Assembly: GCF_000737315.1 (NCBI RefSeq)
Contig: NZ_JMCB01000005.1
Span: forward strand, 20,001-268,000
DNA length: 248,000 nucleotides
Origin: Hyalangium minutum
GTDB taxonomy: Bacteria; Myxococcota; Myxococcia; Myxococcales; Myxococcaceae
Direction of reading: 5' to 3'
Positions within the stretch are counted from its first letter, which is position 1. Each line of letters starts with the position of its first letter. The translations under genes were made by a program, and so were the position numbers. The notes under the pieces were generated by a model. It saw nothing but the letters and a program-made list of their open reading frames with translations. It was not told the DNA's origin and did not search any database. This document shows, piece by piece, positions 185,524 to 197,280 of the stretch.

Positions 185524-186588
185524 ATGGCTCTCTACCCCGTCATCATGGCCGGCGGCTCTGGCACCCGGTTCTGGCCCCTGTCCCGCCAAGCCCGTCCCAA
185601 GCAGTTCCTTCCTTTGGCCTCGAAGTATCCCCTGATCACCGACACGGCGGCCCGCCTCAAGGGGTTGGCCTCGATGAAGAACCTCTTCATCGTCTGCGGC
185701 CCCCTCCATGCCAAGGCCGCCTCCAAGCTCGTGAAAGGCCTGCCGAAGCAGAACCTCCTGGTAGAGCCGGTGGCCCGCAACACCGCCCCGGCCATCGCGC
185801 TCGCCACGGTGCAGGTGGCCGCCCGGGACCCGAAGGGAATCCTCATCGTCCTGCCATCGGACCACCACGTGGCCAACCCGGAGGGGTTCCGGCAGACGCT
185901 CGCGGAGGCTGCCCGGGTCGCCGAGGCCGGCCACATCGTCACCCTGGGCATCAAGCCCCACCGCCCCGAGACGGGCTACGGCTACATCCAGCTCGGCGAG
186001 CCCCTGGAGGGCGGCGGCCGCAAGGTGAAGGCCTTCAAGGAGAAGCCGGACCTGGAGACGGCCCGGGGCTACGTGGACTCCGGTGAGTTTCTCTGGAATG
186101 GCGGCATCTTCGTCTTCCGCGCGGACGTGATGCTGGAGGCCTTCGCCAAGCACATGCCCGAGATGAAGAAGGGCCTGGAGGCCCTGCGGGCGGCGGCGGG
186201 CAAGCGCACCTTCTCCTCGGTGCTCAAGCGCGTCTTCCCGAAGCTGCCCTCCATCTCCATCGACTACGGCGTCATGGAGAAGGCCGAGAACATCGCCGTG
186301 CTGCCCGGGGACTTCGGCTGGTCGGACGTGGGCTCCTTCTCCGCCATCCCCGAGGTGCGCCCCGCGGACGCGCGCGGCAACGTCATCTCTGGCCCCGAGT
186401 CCATCGTCGTGGACTGCGATGGGTGCGTGGTCCTCGGGGACAAGCGCCCGCTGGCCGTGGTGGGCATGAAGGATGTGGTGGTGGTGGACGCGGGTGATGC
186501 GGTGCTCGTGGTCCCCAAGGACAAGAGCCAGGACGTGCGCAAGGTCGTCGAGGCCCTCAAGGCGGGCAAGCGCCAGAAGTTCCTGTAG
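185524..186588 (+). CDS. manC: mannose-1-phosphate guanylyltransferase
   Basis: MAGGSGTRFWPLSR; WSDVGS. Confidence 0.92.
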   Translation: MALYPVIMAGGSGTRFWPLSRQARPKQFLPLASKYPLITDTAARLKGLASMKNLFIVCGPLHAKAASKLVKGLPKQNLLVEPVARNTAPAIALATVQVAARDPKGILIVLPSDHHVANPEGFRQTLAEAARVAEAGHIVTLGIKPHRPETGYGYIQLGEPLEGGGRKVKAFKEKPDLETARGYVDSGEFLWNGGIFVFRADVMLEAFAKHMPEMKKGLEALRAAAGKRTFSSVLKRVFPKLPSISIDYGVMEKAENIAVLPGDFGWSDVGSFSAIPEVRPADARGNVISGPESIVVDCDGCVVLGDKRPLAVVGMKDVVVVDAGDAVLVVPKDKSQDVRKVVEALKAGKRQKFL

Positions 186589-186636
186589 GCGCTTGCCCGA
186601 AGCTCGTCGTCCGGCGCTCCCGGTCCGGAGCGCGGC

Positions 186637-188194
186637 TCACGGCTGCAAGTCGGTGCCCTGCTCCGTGCCGACCAGCAGCCGCCACACGTCCAGCCGCTCC
186701 GGGCCGGAGAGCGGGAGGGCCTCTCCGATGAACACGTGGTGGTAGTCCGCGAAGGCGCCGCGGAACTTCTCCTGGATGCCATCCATGGACAGGGCGCCGT
186801 TGCGGCCGTAGTGGTTCTCTCGCATGACGAGCCCCGGGCGGTACGACTCGCGCCCGAGCCGCAGGAGCACCGGCTGCAGGATGCTGGGCTTCACGCGGTT
186901 GTGGCGGACCGTCAGCCCATTCACCACGATGCCATCGGCCGCCAGCATCAGCCCGTAGCTGGCCGTGCGCTCCACCACGTTGTCGACCACCTGTACGTTC
187001 TGGCCGCCCGCCACGCGGATGCCCTGGCCGTTGTGCAGCGGGAAGTTGCGAATGTCCTGGATGGTGTTGCCCTCCAGCCGGATGTTCCGCGGGGCCGCCT
187101 CCTGGCTCAGCACCGAGATGCCTCGGCCCGCCCGGGAGATGTCATTGCCCTGGATGAGCACGTCCCGAGCGCCCCGCGAGATGAGCACCGCCTCGCCGGC
187201 CGACGAGCCCACGGCGCGGATGCTCACGTTGGGGAAGCCGTACATCTGGTTATCGCGCACGGTGACGCCGTAGCACTGCTTGATGTCCACCCCGTTCTCG
187301 CCGTTGTCGTGCAGCTCGTTGCCCTGGACGAGCAGGGTCTCCGCCGGAGCCGAGCCCGCCTGGCACTGCACCGAGTCCCCCGAGTTGTGGTGGATGTTGT
187401 TGTTCTGGATGGTGATGTTGCGCGACGGGCCCACCACGACGATGCCGTGCGAGTCATCCGCCGGCTTGATGAAGTGGTGGATGAGGTTGTCCTCGATGGT
187501 CACGTTCCGGGCGCCCTGGACGATGATGCCCGCTCCGGCTCGACCATCGCGCAGCTCGCTGTGGGCCAGGCGCGAGCCGTCCGCGCCCACGTGGAAGACG
187601 ATGGCGGCCATGGGCGCCTCGTCCACGTCCAGGTGCAGGTTCTCCAGGTTCCAGTTCCCGCGCACGAAGATGAGCGAGCCTGGGGCCCGGTTGGCGGGCT
187701 TGAGGGTGGGTCGTGCCGTGCCCTCGCCGCGAATGGTGACGGGAGCGGCGCCCGAGCCCCGGGACTCCAGGACCAGCGTCTCCGAGTACGTCCCCGCCAT
187801 GACGCGAATGACATCGCCCGCCCGCGCGAGCGAGGTCGCCCGTGCGATGGTGCGCAGCGGCAGCGCCTGCGTGCCCAAGCCCACGTCCGAGCCCTTCATG
187901 CTCACGTACCAGCTGCGCGAGGTATTCTGCGAACCCCCTGAGCCGCCGTTCGCCGGAGGAGCTTCATCGGACGGGGCCTGCGGAGACTGGCTCTGCGGCG
188001 GCGGCGGGCTCTCCTGAGCGGGGGGGCTCGTGGGAGACTGCACCCCGGAGCCGGCCTGCGCCCCCAGGTCCGACGGATCCTGGGTGAACCGTTGCTCCAT
188101 CAACAGCGAAGGCTCACAGGCACTGAGGAGCAACCCCGTGAGTACGCCGCATGCCCCCTGGAAGGTGCGTCCGCTGCTTTCCCTACGTTTCATG
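186637..188194 (-). CDS. right-handed beta-helix lipoprotein (DUF1565-like)
   Basis: LSAC; PLRTI..A..GDVI; PbH1 repeats. Confidence 0.75.
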
Positions 188195-188287
188195 CTTGTC
188201 CCCTCGCCCCCCAGCCCTATTGAGGCGGGCCGAAAATCGACACGACCCGCTTGGTCAACAAGGGGACTGCCCTGGGGAGAAGTGGGA

Positions 188288-189145
188288 TCAGGTGCCCGCG
188301 CACTGTCTGCGGCGGGACAGCCAGAGCGCCACGGCCACCCACGCGGCGGGGGCAAGCAAGGGAGCAGCCGAGCACCCCTTGGATTCATCACCTGGGCCGG
188401 AGCACTCGGGCACATTGGTCACCTGGACCTGGAGGGTCTCGGTGGCAGGGCCCAGGTTTCCGGCGGCGTCACGGGCTCTGAGGCGGACGTTGAAGCGCCC
188501 CGTGCCGTGGGAGGGCAGGGCCGCGACACAGATGCCACCGGGAGCGAGGGAGACCTGGAGCTTGCCGTTGGTGAGGATGGCGCTCGGTGCTCCCATCATG
188601 GTGGGCTTGCTGTTCAGGTCCGGCTCGGTATCCGCCGAGCTGATCCAGATGTCGTAGCCGAGCTCGCCGCGCGGCGTGCGGTCATCCGTGGGCGAGGGGA
188701 ACTCGATGGAGACGTCTCCGATGGAATCCTTGCCGGTGCGCGCCACCATCACGGTGGGCTCGGAGATGGCGGAGGGCGGCGTGGTGTCGGGTCCACCCGC
188801 GACAGACACCGTATACGACTCGGAATCTGTAGCGAGCGTGTAGCTCCCTTCGGGCAGCGGGGCCGAGGGCGTGACCAGAACGCCTCCTCTCTCGTCGGCG
188901 TCCGCAGTGATGGTGCTGGGGATCTCCTGGCCCATGGAGCCGCGCAGCGCGACCTGGGTGGCGTCGATCCGATAGCCCTGGCTTGCGTGCGCGACGATGG
189001 CCGGGTTGGAGGGGAGAGGTGGGGCTTGGTACTTCGGGTAGATGCGCACGATGGGGAGAGGGGACTCGGCGGACGCGGCTTGTGCGGCCAGCAGCACGGC
189101 GAGGCACGGCAGGCGAAGGGCAGGGGCGAGCTTTCTTAGGAGCAT
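188288..189145 (-). CDS. secreted MYXO-CTERM-like protein
   Basis: Signal peptide; KGCS + TM + RRR. Confidence 0.55.
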   Translation of the reverse strand: MLLRKLAPALRLPCLAVLLAAQAASAESPLPIVRIYPKYQAPPLPSNPAIVAHASQGYRIDATQVALRGSMGQEIPSTITADADERGGVLVTPSAPLPEGSYTLATDSESYTVSVAGGPDTTPPSAISEPTVMVARTGKDSIGDVSIEFPSPTDDRTPRGELGYDIWISSADTEPDLNSKPTMMGAPSAILTNGKLQVSLAPGGICVAALPSHGTGRFNVRLRARDAAGNLGPATETLQVQVTNVPECSGPGDESKGCSAAPLLAPAAWVAVALWLSRRRQCAGT

Positions 189146-189289
189146 GCCCAACGCGGTAGCAGGGGCTGTGCCACCTTCACGGCTCGCGGGCTGGCAGAGG
189201 CGCTCATGTGGATGCGCGCTGGGGAGCGCCCCTGCCACCTGTGTCGGAGGCTCGCGGATTTCTGAGTCAGCGAGTCCTCCAGAGCAGCC

Positions 189290-191068
189290 TCACTCCTCCT
189301 CGGGCGGGGCCTCCATGTAGTCCGGCGCGTGGATGCCCAGCAGTGCGAACGCGCTCTTCAGCGTCTGCTTCAGCGCCGCCACCAGCGCCAGACGGCCCTG
189401 CGTCTTCTCCACATCCGTGCTGATGATCGGGTCCGACTTGTAGCGCGTGTAGTAGCTGTGGAAGTCGGTGATGAGCTCCTGGCAGAAGTACAGCACGTGG
189501 TGCGGCTCCAGCCGCTCCGCCGCGCTCGCCACCACGTCCGGCAGCTGGCTCATCTTCTTCAGCATCGCCAGCTCCTCAGGCAGCGTCAGCCGCGCCAGCT
189601 GCGCCTCCGTCACCTGAGCCACCCCGACGAACGGCTGACCCTTCTCCGCCGCCTTCTTCAGGATGCTCGCGCACCGCGCGTGGCCGTACTGGAAGTAGAA
189701 GACCGGGTTCTCCTTCGATTGCTCCTTCACCTTGTCCAGGTCGAAGTCGAAGCGCGAGTTCGCCGTCTTCATGAGGAACAGGAACCGGCACACGTCCGGC
189801 CCCGCCTCGTCGATGAGGTCCTCCAGCTCGAACACCGTGCCCTTGCGCTTGCTGACCTTCACCTCCTCGCCGCCCCGGGTGATGCGGACGATCTGCACCA
189901 GCAGGAACTCGAGCTTCTTCGGATCCAGCCCCAGCAGCGTGACACCCGCCTTGATGCGCGGCGTGTGGCCCGCATGGTCCGCGCCGAGCACGTCGATGAT
190001 CCGGTCGAAGCCGCGCTCGTACTTCTCCTTGTGGTACGCGAGGTCCGCCGTCAGGTACACCGGCGTGCCGTCGTGCCGCAGGATGACCCGGTCCTCGTCA
190101 TCCCCGTGCTGGCTCGTCTGCAGGAACAGGCCGCCCTTCTGCCGATCCGCGTAGTGGGCCGCCTTGCTCTCCTCGTTCCGGACCTTCTCGGTGTCGCGCC
190201 GGGCCTCGGTCGCCTCGTACGTCACCCCGCGCTGCTTGTACTCCTCAGCGACGGCCTTCACCTTGCCCGCCGCGTGCAGCGAGGCCTCGCTGAAGAACAC
190301 GTCGTGCCGGATGTTCGCTTTCTCCAGGCTCACCTTGATGTTCTTCAGGTTCTCCCGCACCGCCACCGCGATGGCCGGTGCCAGCCACTCGGACTCCGAC
190401 GCCTTCAGGTACTTGTCCCCCACCTCGTCCCGCCACGTCTTCGCGATGTCGATGACGTACTCGGCCGGGTACTCGCCCTCGACCAGCTGCACCTGCTCGC
190501 CAAAGAGCTGCCGGTAGCGCTTGTGCACCGTCCGCCCCAGCGTCTCCACCTGCTTGCCGTAGTCATTGATGTAGAACTCGCGCGTCACGTCGTGCCCGGC
190601 CGCGTCCAGCAGCCGCGACACCGCGTCGCCCATGAAGGCTCCGCGCGCATGGCCGATGTGCACCGGCCCCGTCGGGTTCGCCGAGACGAACTCCACCATC
190701 ACCCGCTTGCCCGTCGACTTGGCCACCCGGCGCCCGAACGTGTCCCCGGCTTGCAGCACCTCGCGCGCCACGTCCTGGATGACCTTCTGCTTCAGCGTGA
190801 AGTTCAGGAAGCCCGGGCCCGCCACCTCCACCTTCTCGACGATGCCCTCCTGGTCCACCAGCCCCTTCACGAGGGCGTTGGCGATGTCGCGGGGCGGCTT
190901 GCCCTCTGGCTTGTTGAGCAACAGGGCCACGTTCACCGCCCAGTCGCCGTGGGCCGGGTTCTTGGGCGGCTCCACCGTGTAGTGGGGCGCCTGCTCCAGC
191001 TTGAGCGTGCCGGCCGCCTTCAGCGCCGCGAGCGTTGCATCGATGAGTGCGAAGACCTTCTGCCGCAT
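189290..191068 (-). CDS. argS: arginyl-tRNA synthetase
   Basis: SANPTGPVHIGHARG; YFQYGHAR. Confidence 0.97.
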   Translation of the reverse strand: MRQKVFALIDATLAALKAAGTLKLEQAPHYTVEPPKNPAHGDWAVNVALLLNKPEGKPPRDIANALVKGLVDQEGIVEKVEVAGPGFLNFTLKQKVIQDVAREVLQAGDTFGRRVAKSTGKRVMVEFVSANPTGPVHIGHARGAFMGDAVSRLLDAAGHDVTREFYINDYGKQVETLGRTVHKRYRQLFGEQVQLVEGEYPAEYVIDIAKTWRDEVGDKYLKASESEWLAPAIAVAVRENLKNIKVSLEKANIRHDVFFSEASLHAAGKVKAVAEEYKQRGVTYEATEARRDTEKVRNEESKAAHYADRQKGGLFLQTSQHGDDEDRVILRHDGTPVYLTADLAYHKEKYERGFDRIIDVLGADHAGHTPRIKAGVTLLGLDPKKLEFLLVQIVRITRGGEEVKVSKRKGTVFELEDLIDEAGPDVCRFLFLMKTANSRFDFDLDKVKEQSKENPVFYFQYGHARCASILKKAAEKGQPFVGVAQVTEAQLARLTLPEELAMLKKMSQLPDVVASAAERLEPHHVLYFCQELITDFHSYYTRYKSDPIISTDVEKTQGRLALVAALKQTLKSAFALLGIHAPDYMEAPPEEE

Positions 191069-191216
191069 GGGGATTTCTTCTCCGAGAACAAGCCTAAAGA
191101 CGGTGCAATGTAGGCAGTTTTGACACGGGGTTCACGGCTTCCGTGAAGCTTCTGGCGCCTGCCGTACTCCAGGTACCTTGACGGAGGCATTCGCCCTCCT
191201 CATTCTGCCGCGCCTC

Positions 191217-191858
191217 ATGCCCGTCCTGCGTGGAGCTGTCACCTTCTCCCGCTTCCTCGTCGAGCCCGACAAGGAAGCCCCCGCGGACCTCAAGCGCTCG
191301 CTCTCCCGCGCGCTCAAGGCCCGTGCCTTCGCCCCCATTGATCGCCGCGCCGAGGAAGAGCGCGCCACCGGCTTCGTGGAGCTCGAGAACTCCGACGGTA
191401 CCGAGTTCGCCGCTGGCAGCATCTTCTATGGTGAGTACGCCCTGTTCGCCTGGCGCGTCGACACCATCAAGATCCCCGGCCCCGTCCTCAAGGCCGAGGT
191501 GGAGAAGTGGGCCGCCGCCTTCGAGAAGGAGAAGGGCCGTCCCCCCAGCCGCGGCGAGAAGAACGAGAACAAGTCCTCCGTGCGCCAGCTGCTCCGCAAC
191601 CGCGCCGTGCCCCTCACCAAGGTGCACGACATCAGCTGGAACCTGAAGACCCAGCAGCTGCAGATCTGGGCCGCCTCGCGCAAGGCCGTGGAGGAGGCGA
191701 TGGCCGGTGTGGAGACCGCCTTCAAGGTGAAGCTCATCCCGCTCGTGCCGGCCGCCGTGGCGCAGCGCACGGGCATCGACGATTCGGCCTTGGGGCCCAC
191801 CGCCGAGCTGATCGGCATGGAGCTGAAGGCGGAGGAGGTGAGCCATGGGGAAGCGTGA
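191217..191858 (+). CDS. RdgC-like protein
   Basis: RVDTIKIP..LK..; HDISW. Confidence 0.65.
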   Translation: MPVLRGAVTFSRFLVEPDKEAPADLKRSLSRALKARAFAPIDRRAEEERATGFVELENSDGTEFAAGSIFYGEYALFAWRVDTIKIPGPVLKAEVEKWAAAFEKEKGRPPSRGEKNENKSSVRQLLRNRAVPLTKVHDISWNLKTQQLQIWAASRKAVEEAMAGVETAFKVKLIPLVPAAVAQRTGIDDSALGPTAELIGMELKAEEVSHGEA

Positions 191859-192519
191859 GCAGGCCCGGGAGGAGGCCGCCTTCATGCGCGGCGATGTCGG
191901 CGTCGACGGAGGCGCCACCGAGGAGAAGAAGGACACCGCCGAGGTGGAGCGCGACAAGGCCCGCGAGGCGCTTCTGCGCGGCAAGGCGTACCTGGGCCGC
192001 GAGTTCCTCACCTGGCTGCTGTGGCGCTCGGAGTCCGGCGACCCCATCACCGAGTTTGAGAAGTTGGGACTCACCGTCCTCTTCACCGGCCGCGTGGTGC
192101 TCAAAGGCGTCAGTGGCGATGTGACGGAGCTGTCCGCCCGTGGCGCCATGGCCCCGTACTCGGAGCAGGTGCGGCATTCGCTGGACCGGGGACTGCTCGT
192201 CCACCAGGCCCGGATGCTCCTCACCCACGGCGAGAAGGCCTATGAGGTGACGCTGGATGCCGAGTTCCTCGACGTCCGCGCCGCCAAGCTCCCGGAGCTG
192301 ATGAGCGAGGAGGATGACTCGCGCACCTCCGAGCGCCTCTTCCTGGCCGAGCAGCTCTCCGCGCTGATCCACGCCCTGGTCGAGGCCTTCATCGCCGTGC
192401 GCGCGGGCAAGGCCTGGAGCAAGCAGATCGTCCCCGCCATGAAGGAGTGGATGCGCGGCGAGGAGGGCACCCGGAAGCAGACCACCCTCCAGCGCGCCGC
192501 CAACGTCCGGAAGCGGTAG
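191845..192519 (+). CDS. RdgC-like partner protein
   Basis: LGREFLTWL. Confidence 0.6.
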   Translation: MGKREQAREEAAFMRGDVGVDGGATEEKKDTAEVERDKAREALLRGKAYLGREFLTWLLWRSESGDPITEFEKLGLTVLFTGRVVLKGVSGDVTELSARGAMAPYSEQVRHSLDRGLLVHQARMLLTHGEKAYEVTLDAEFLDVRAAKLPELMSEEDDSRTSERLFLAEQLSALIHALVEAFIAVRAGKAWSKQIVPAMKEWMRGEEGTRKQTTLQRAANVRKR

Positions 192520-192735
192520 CTCTTCTCGCCCCACGGGGCTGAATCGTGGCGGGCGGGTGATCACCGCTGATCATCCACCCTGCCCCAGCCACCTGGGAAA
192601 AGCCGTAAGTCCTGGAGTCTCTTTTCAGGGCGCCCCCGTAAGAATGACAGCCGCCGCGCCCCGGTTTCGCGGGCGCACTCGCTGCTTCGCGGGGTTCGAA
192701 CGTCCGCCAGCCCACGCCTGGGCTCTGCACGAAGG

Positions 192736-194601
192736 TTGCAACACTCCCCGGTGCAGAAGTCCCGAGGGGCCCACGTGGGGGTGGCGTCGATGGGGTGCGT
192801 TCGAGCCCGAGAAGAGGTGGAGTCCATGGTTGGCCAGCGTCACGGTCCCCTCATTCTGGAGCGCATGCTGGGTGTCGGCGCCATCGGCTCCGTGTACCTC
192901 GCCATGCATCCGGCGACCGGTAAGCGGTTCGCCCTGAGGCTCCTCCATCCGCATCTGGCGGCCAATCCCGTGGTGCGCTCGCGCTTTCTCGTCGAGGCCC
193001 AGGCCGCCAGCCGCGTCATCCACCGCAACGTCGCGCGCGTGCTGGATGTGCGCGTGGGGCCCGCGGACCTGCCCACGCTCCTCATGGAGTACGTGGAGGG
193101 AGAGCGCCTGTCCTTCATGCCCGTGCCGTTCTCGCCCACCGAAGTGATGAGCCTGCTCATCCAGGTGCTCGAGGGGCTCGAGGCCGCGCACGCCCGCGGC
193201 GTGGTGCACTGCGATCTCAAGCCGGACAACCTCATCCTCACGCGCGACACGCACGGCGAGCGGCAGGTGCAGGTGCTCGACTTCGGCATGGCCAGTGTCC
193301 TGGCCTCGTGCTTCTCGCAGGAGGAGATTGCCTCGGGCGTCGTCCTGGGCTCGCCCGCGTACATGGCGCCCGAGCAGTGGGTGACCACCGCCGCGGACAC
193401 CCGGATGGATGTGTATGCGCTGGGCGTCATCGGCTACCGGTTGCTCACCGGGCGCCTGCCCTTCGGCCGTGGCCGCCTGGGCGAGGTGCGCCTCCAGGAG
193501 CAGGAGGCCCGGCCGCCCGCGCCGCACACCCTGGACTCGCGCATCTCCAAGGTGCTCTCGCTGGTCATCATGCAGGCGATTGCCTGGCGCCCGGAGGACC
193601 GCTTCCCGAGCTCCCGTGACTTCCAGCTCGCGCTCATCCAGGCCCAGCGCCACATTCCCAAGCCGACGCTCACGCTGCAGCCCGTCGCGCCGCGCACCCA
193701 GGAGCCCGCGGGCCTGCAGGTGCGCGTGGCGGGCCTCGGGAGCTCCGAGCCCCGCGCCGTGCAGGCCAGCGACGTCACCAGCGAGGGCCTCTTCATCGCC
193801 TACGAGGGGGCGCCGCCTCCGCTCGCGGCGCGGCTGGCCCTGGAGCTGTCCTTCCACGGGAAGACGCTGCCGGCTGCCGGGGACGTGGTGCGCCATGTGT
193901 CCCAGGACGAGGCCCGCGCCTGGAGCGTCTCCGCGGGCTTCTTCCTCCACTTCGTCGAGCCCTCACCGGAGCTGAGCGCCCTGGTGGCCCAGGTGCGCGC
194001 CAACAACGGCGAGCCGCCCCCGGATCCCGAGCTGGCTCAGCTGCTCTCGCGCACCGCGGCGCTCGGCAAGGATCCCTACATCTTCCTGGGGCTGCCGGAC
194101 TCGGCCAGCTTCGATGAGGTGCGTCAGCGCGCGGAGACGGCGCTGCGCCGCGTGGAAGTCTTCTGGAGCCGTCCGCTTCCGGCGAACCAGCGGCGGGATC
194201 TGGAGATGCTGCGCGCCCGGGTGGATGCGGCCCGGCGCACGCTGGGAGATCCGCTCACGCGCGCCAGCTACGACGCCACCAAGGGCAACGCGCACGGCAT
194301 CGCCCGCTGCATCCTCGCAGGGCTCTCGGACGAGGCGGTGGGACCCATCCGCCGGGCGTTCCTCGACGCGCGGCCGGGCTCCGAGGCTCGCGCGCGCTCG
194401 CTCTTCATCCAGGCCCGGAGCCTGGAGGCGCAGCACGCCCTGCAGCAGGCGGTGGATTGCTACGGCCAGGCGCTGGCGCTGGATCCGTTGCACCTGGCCG
194501 CCCAGCGCCACTACTGGGCGCTGCGCCGGCATCTGCGCCCCATGACCATCTCGGTCCCTACAATCAACCCCGGGAGGAGCCCCGAGGCGGTGCCGCGCTA
194601 G
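192736..194601 (+). CDS. Ser/Thr kinase with PilZ-like and J-like domains
   Basis: [14 protein letters not shown]; DPY..LGL...YD. Confidence 0.85.
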   Translation: MQHSPVQKSRGAHVGVASMGCVRAREEVESMVGQRHGPLILERMLGVGAIGSVYLAMHPATGKRFALRLLHPHLAANPVVRSRFLVEAQAASRVIHRNVARVLDVRVGPADLPTLLMEYVEGERLSFMPVPFSPTEVMSLLIQVLEGLEAAHARGVVHCDLKPDNLILTRDTHGERQVQVLDFGMASVLASCFSQEEIASGVVLGSPAYMAPEQWVTTAADTRMDVYALGVIGYRLLTGRLPFGRGRLGEVRLQEQEARPPAPHTLDSRISKVLSLVIMQAIAWRPEDRFPSSRDFQLALIQAQRHIPKPTLTLQPVAPRTQEPAGLQVRVAGLGSSEPRAVQASDVTSEGLFIAYEGAPPPLAARLALELSFHGKTLPAAGDVVRHVSQDEARAWSVSAGFFLHFVEPSPELSALVAQVRANNGEPPPDPELAQLLSRTAALGKDPYIFLGLPDSASFDEVRQRAETALRRVEVFWSRPLPANQRRDLEMLRARVDAARRTLGDPLTRASYDATKGNAHGIARCILAGLSDEAVGPIRRAFLDARPGSEARARSLFIQARSLEAQHALQQAVDCYGQALALDPLHLAAQRHYWALRRHLRPMTISVPTINPGRSPEAVPR

Positions 194602-195233
194602 CCCCACGTCACCTCGTACTCGCTGTCCAGAGGTCCAATCGAGCGGGAGCGCACCTGCGGGTGCTTTCCCGTGCTGACCTCCATCACCGCGAGGATGACG
194701 CCCTCGGTGTGGGGCAGGGGGAGGAAGTCGCGCTTGAAGGTGAGCAGGGCGCTCTTGTCCCCGGTCACCGTCATCTTCCGCTCGCCGAAGTTCACCGAGG
194801 CGCGGTAGGCGGCGGGGATGTTGCCCAGCAGCCGGTGAGGAGCACCTCCTGACAGCGAGACCAGCGTCTTGCCCGCCATGGAGTGCACGAAGTCCTGCAC
194901 CGTGGCCATGCCCAGCCGGCGCGAGCACTTCTCCACGTTGTTGCCGAGCAGGGGCGCCAGCACGAGGGTCGCCGCATGGGCCAGCCGGAGGAAGTCCGTG
195001 GCCGGGTAGGTGGCGAAGCTGATGAAGCCCCGCTGGAAGCGTTTGTCCATCAACAGCTGCTGGCAGTGCTTCAGGCCTGACTCGCCGGCCTCCCTCTTCA
195101 CGAGGTTGAAGAGGCTGGTGAAGAACAACCCCCGGAAGTTGTCCTCGGGAGAGGGCAAGGAGAGGTAGCGCGTGTAGAGGGACTCCCCTCCTTCAGAGGA
195201 GGGAGGTTTCACCGAAACGGGGGGCGTGTTCAT
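194598..195233 (-). CDS. DUF2378/TIGR02265 protein
   Basis: RGLFF; YPATDFL; YRASVNFGER. Confidence 0.8.
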   Translation of the reverse strand: MNTPPVSVKPPSSEGGESLYTRYLSLPSPEDNFRGLFFTSLFNLVKREAGESGLKHCQQLLMDKRFQRGFISFATYPATDFLRLAHAATLVLAPLLGNNVEKCSRRLGMATVQDFVHSMAGKTLVSLSGGAPHRLLGNIPAAYRASVNFGERKMTVTGDKSALLTFKRDFLPLPHTEGVILAVMEVSTGKHPQVRSRSIGPLDSEYEVTWG

Positions 195234-195428
195234 GTGAGGGCGGGGAAGCTCGGGGCTTCAGTATAGCTTCCAACCTGCTGGGTTGGATAGTGGACTCGAG
195301 ATACACCCTGAGGGCCCCGTGTTCCAGGGGCAGGTAAAGTGTTTCCCTGTGCGGTGCTGTCGGCTTCCTCGAAACCATGCGAAGCCCGCGCCAACACGGT
195401 GGCTCAGTGTTTGCTCTGGGCCCTCGGT

Positions 195429-197255
195429 ATGAGAAAGCCGTTGCTGGTATGGGGGGCATTGCTCCTGGGGGCATGTGGGGGCGCCACGGGGAAGCCATCG
195501 TCTGCCCCGCAGACCGTTCTGCAAGAGAAGCCCGCAGGCACTCCCGGTGTGGGCCCGACGCAGCCGCCCGAGGCGGGAGGTCCCGACACAGGGACACCTC
195601 CGCTGGATCCCGGGCCTCCGGATGCAGGCCCTCTGGAGCCGCTGCCCGCGCCGGACGGGGGCACACTGGCGTCGCCTGCCTGGCCAGCGCTGCAGACTTC
195701 GATTCCGACCTTGGCGCTCACCGTCACGCCCGAGCACCTGCAGGCGCTCGAAGCGAACGTGGAGGCTCGGGACTACGGGGTGCCCGCCCAGTTCACCTAC
195801 CAGGGCCGTACGTGGGCGGTGGAGCTGCGCTACCGGGGCCGCTCGACGCGCGCCGAGCCGAAGAAGCCGTACTCGGTGCGCTTCCCCAAGGACGATCGCT
195901 TCCTCAACGGCGTGAAGCGGCTGGAACTGCTCGCGGCATATAAGGATGCGGGCTACTTGACGGAGAAGCTCTGGTACGACGTGGCGGCCAGCGTGGGGTT
196001 GAAGGTGCCGCGCACCCACTACGTGCACCTCTCGCTCAATGGCCAGTACCAGGGCATCTACACGGAGATTGAAGACCTGGAGAAGGCCTTCCTCCGCGCG
196101 CATGACCTGGATGACGACAGCGACATCTACCGCTGCGGCATGCAGGACTGCGAGCTGCGCCCGCCGCCTCGCGAGGCGTATATGGAGGACTGGGACAAGC
196201 GCACCAACGAGGATCAGCCGTGGGATGGGTTGTGGAACTTCATCGACGGCATCAACCGCACGCCTCCCCACGCGTTCCGCGCCTTCGCCGAGAAGGAGGT
196301 GGCGCTGGACGACTACCTCACGTGGATGGTGCTCGACACCTTCATCTCCAATGATTACCAGGTCGACTCGCGCAGCTTCCTCGTCTACGAGCGCGAGCAG
196401 CGGCAGTGGATCTACGTCCCGTGGGACTTGAACAACGCCCTGTCGCTCTACAGCCGCAAGCACGACGTGCGGCAGGGCGTCTCGGATCGCGTCTCTCGGC
196501 CGCTGTTCGGGTTCACCGCGTATGACCCGTACGTGTACGACCTGGCGGAGTGGCGCCGGAGCTGGGGCGAGTTGGACATGAAGCCGGCGTGGAGCACGCT
196601 CACCACGCGCATCCTGGATGATGAGGTGCTGCGTGCCCGCTACGTCGCTCGCCTGAGGATGCTGCTGGACACCTGGCTCACCGAGGAGAACCTGTCCCGG
196701 CGCATCCACGCGATGCACCAGCTGCTGAGGCCCTTCATTCTCCCCAGCGCGCAGGGGCAGACGCTGGACCCCTTCGTGAGCCCGGAGCACGCGGCCCGGA
196801 GCCCCGAGTTCCTCCGCAACTTCGTGCGCGAGCGCCGCAAGTGGCTGCTGGCCCACATCGCCGACATCGAATCCCTGGGCAGCGGGCCGCTCGTCATCGA
196901 CCGCGTGGGACGGGAGGCCTCGGGCGCGTGGTGGGTGCAGCTCTACAACCGCGGGAACACGCCCGTGTCACTCGACGGTCTGTACCTGTCCGGCTTCACC
197001 CGCGTGCCCACGCAGTCGCTCTTGCCTGCCACCACCGTGGCGCCGCAGGGCTTCGTGACGCTGCGGCAGGGGAGCGCGGACGCCGCGGGGCGGCTCAGTG
197101 CGGAGATCAACGCGCAGCGGCCCGAGCTGTCCCTGTTCGCAGCGGATGGGCGCACGCCCGTGGATCTGCTCTGGCTGGCGCCGCTCGCTCCGGGCGAGGC
197201 CTACGGACGGCAGCCTCGCGGCGCGGAGACGTTCGGTCCTCAAGCGGGACCATGA
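195429..197255 (+). CDS. CotH kinase family lipoprotein
   Basis: YRGRST; PWDLNN. Confidence 0.8.
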   Translation: MRKPLLVWGALLLGACGGATGKPSSAPQTVLQEKPAGTPGVGPTQPPEAGGPDTGTPPLDPGPPDAGPLEPLPAPDGGTLASPAWPALQTSIPTLALTVTPEHLQALEANVEARDYGVPAQFTYQGRTWAVELRYRGRSTRAEPKKPYSVRFPKDDRFLNGVKRLELLAAYKDAGYLTEKLWYDVAASVGLKVPRTHYVHLSLNGQYQGIYTEIEDLEKAFLRAHDLDDDSDIYRCGMQDCELRPPPREAYMEDWDKRTNEDQPWDGLWNFIDGINRTPPHAFRAFAEKEVALDDYLTWMVLDTFISNDYQVDSRSFLVYEREQRQWIYVPWDLNNALSLYSRKHDVRQGVSDRVSRPLFGFTAYDPYVYDLAEWRRSWGELDMKPAWSTLTTRILDDEVLRARYVARLRMLLDTWLTEENLSRRIHAMHQLLRPFILPSAQGQTLDPFVSPEHAARSPEFLRNFVRERRKWLLAHIADIESLGSGPLVIDRVGREASGAWWVQLYNRGNTPVSLDGLYLSGFTRVPTQSLLPATTVAPQGFVTLRQGSADAAGRLSAEINAQRPELSLFAADGRTPVDLLWLAPLAPGEAYGRQPRGAETFGPQAGP

Positions 197256-197280
197256 GTTGAAACCCTCGCCAGCCCTGGAG

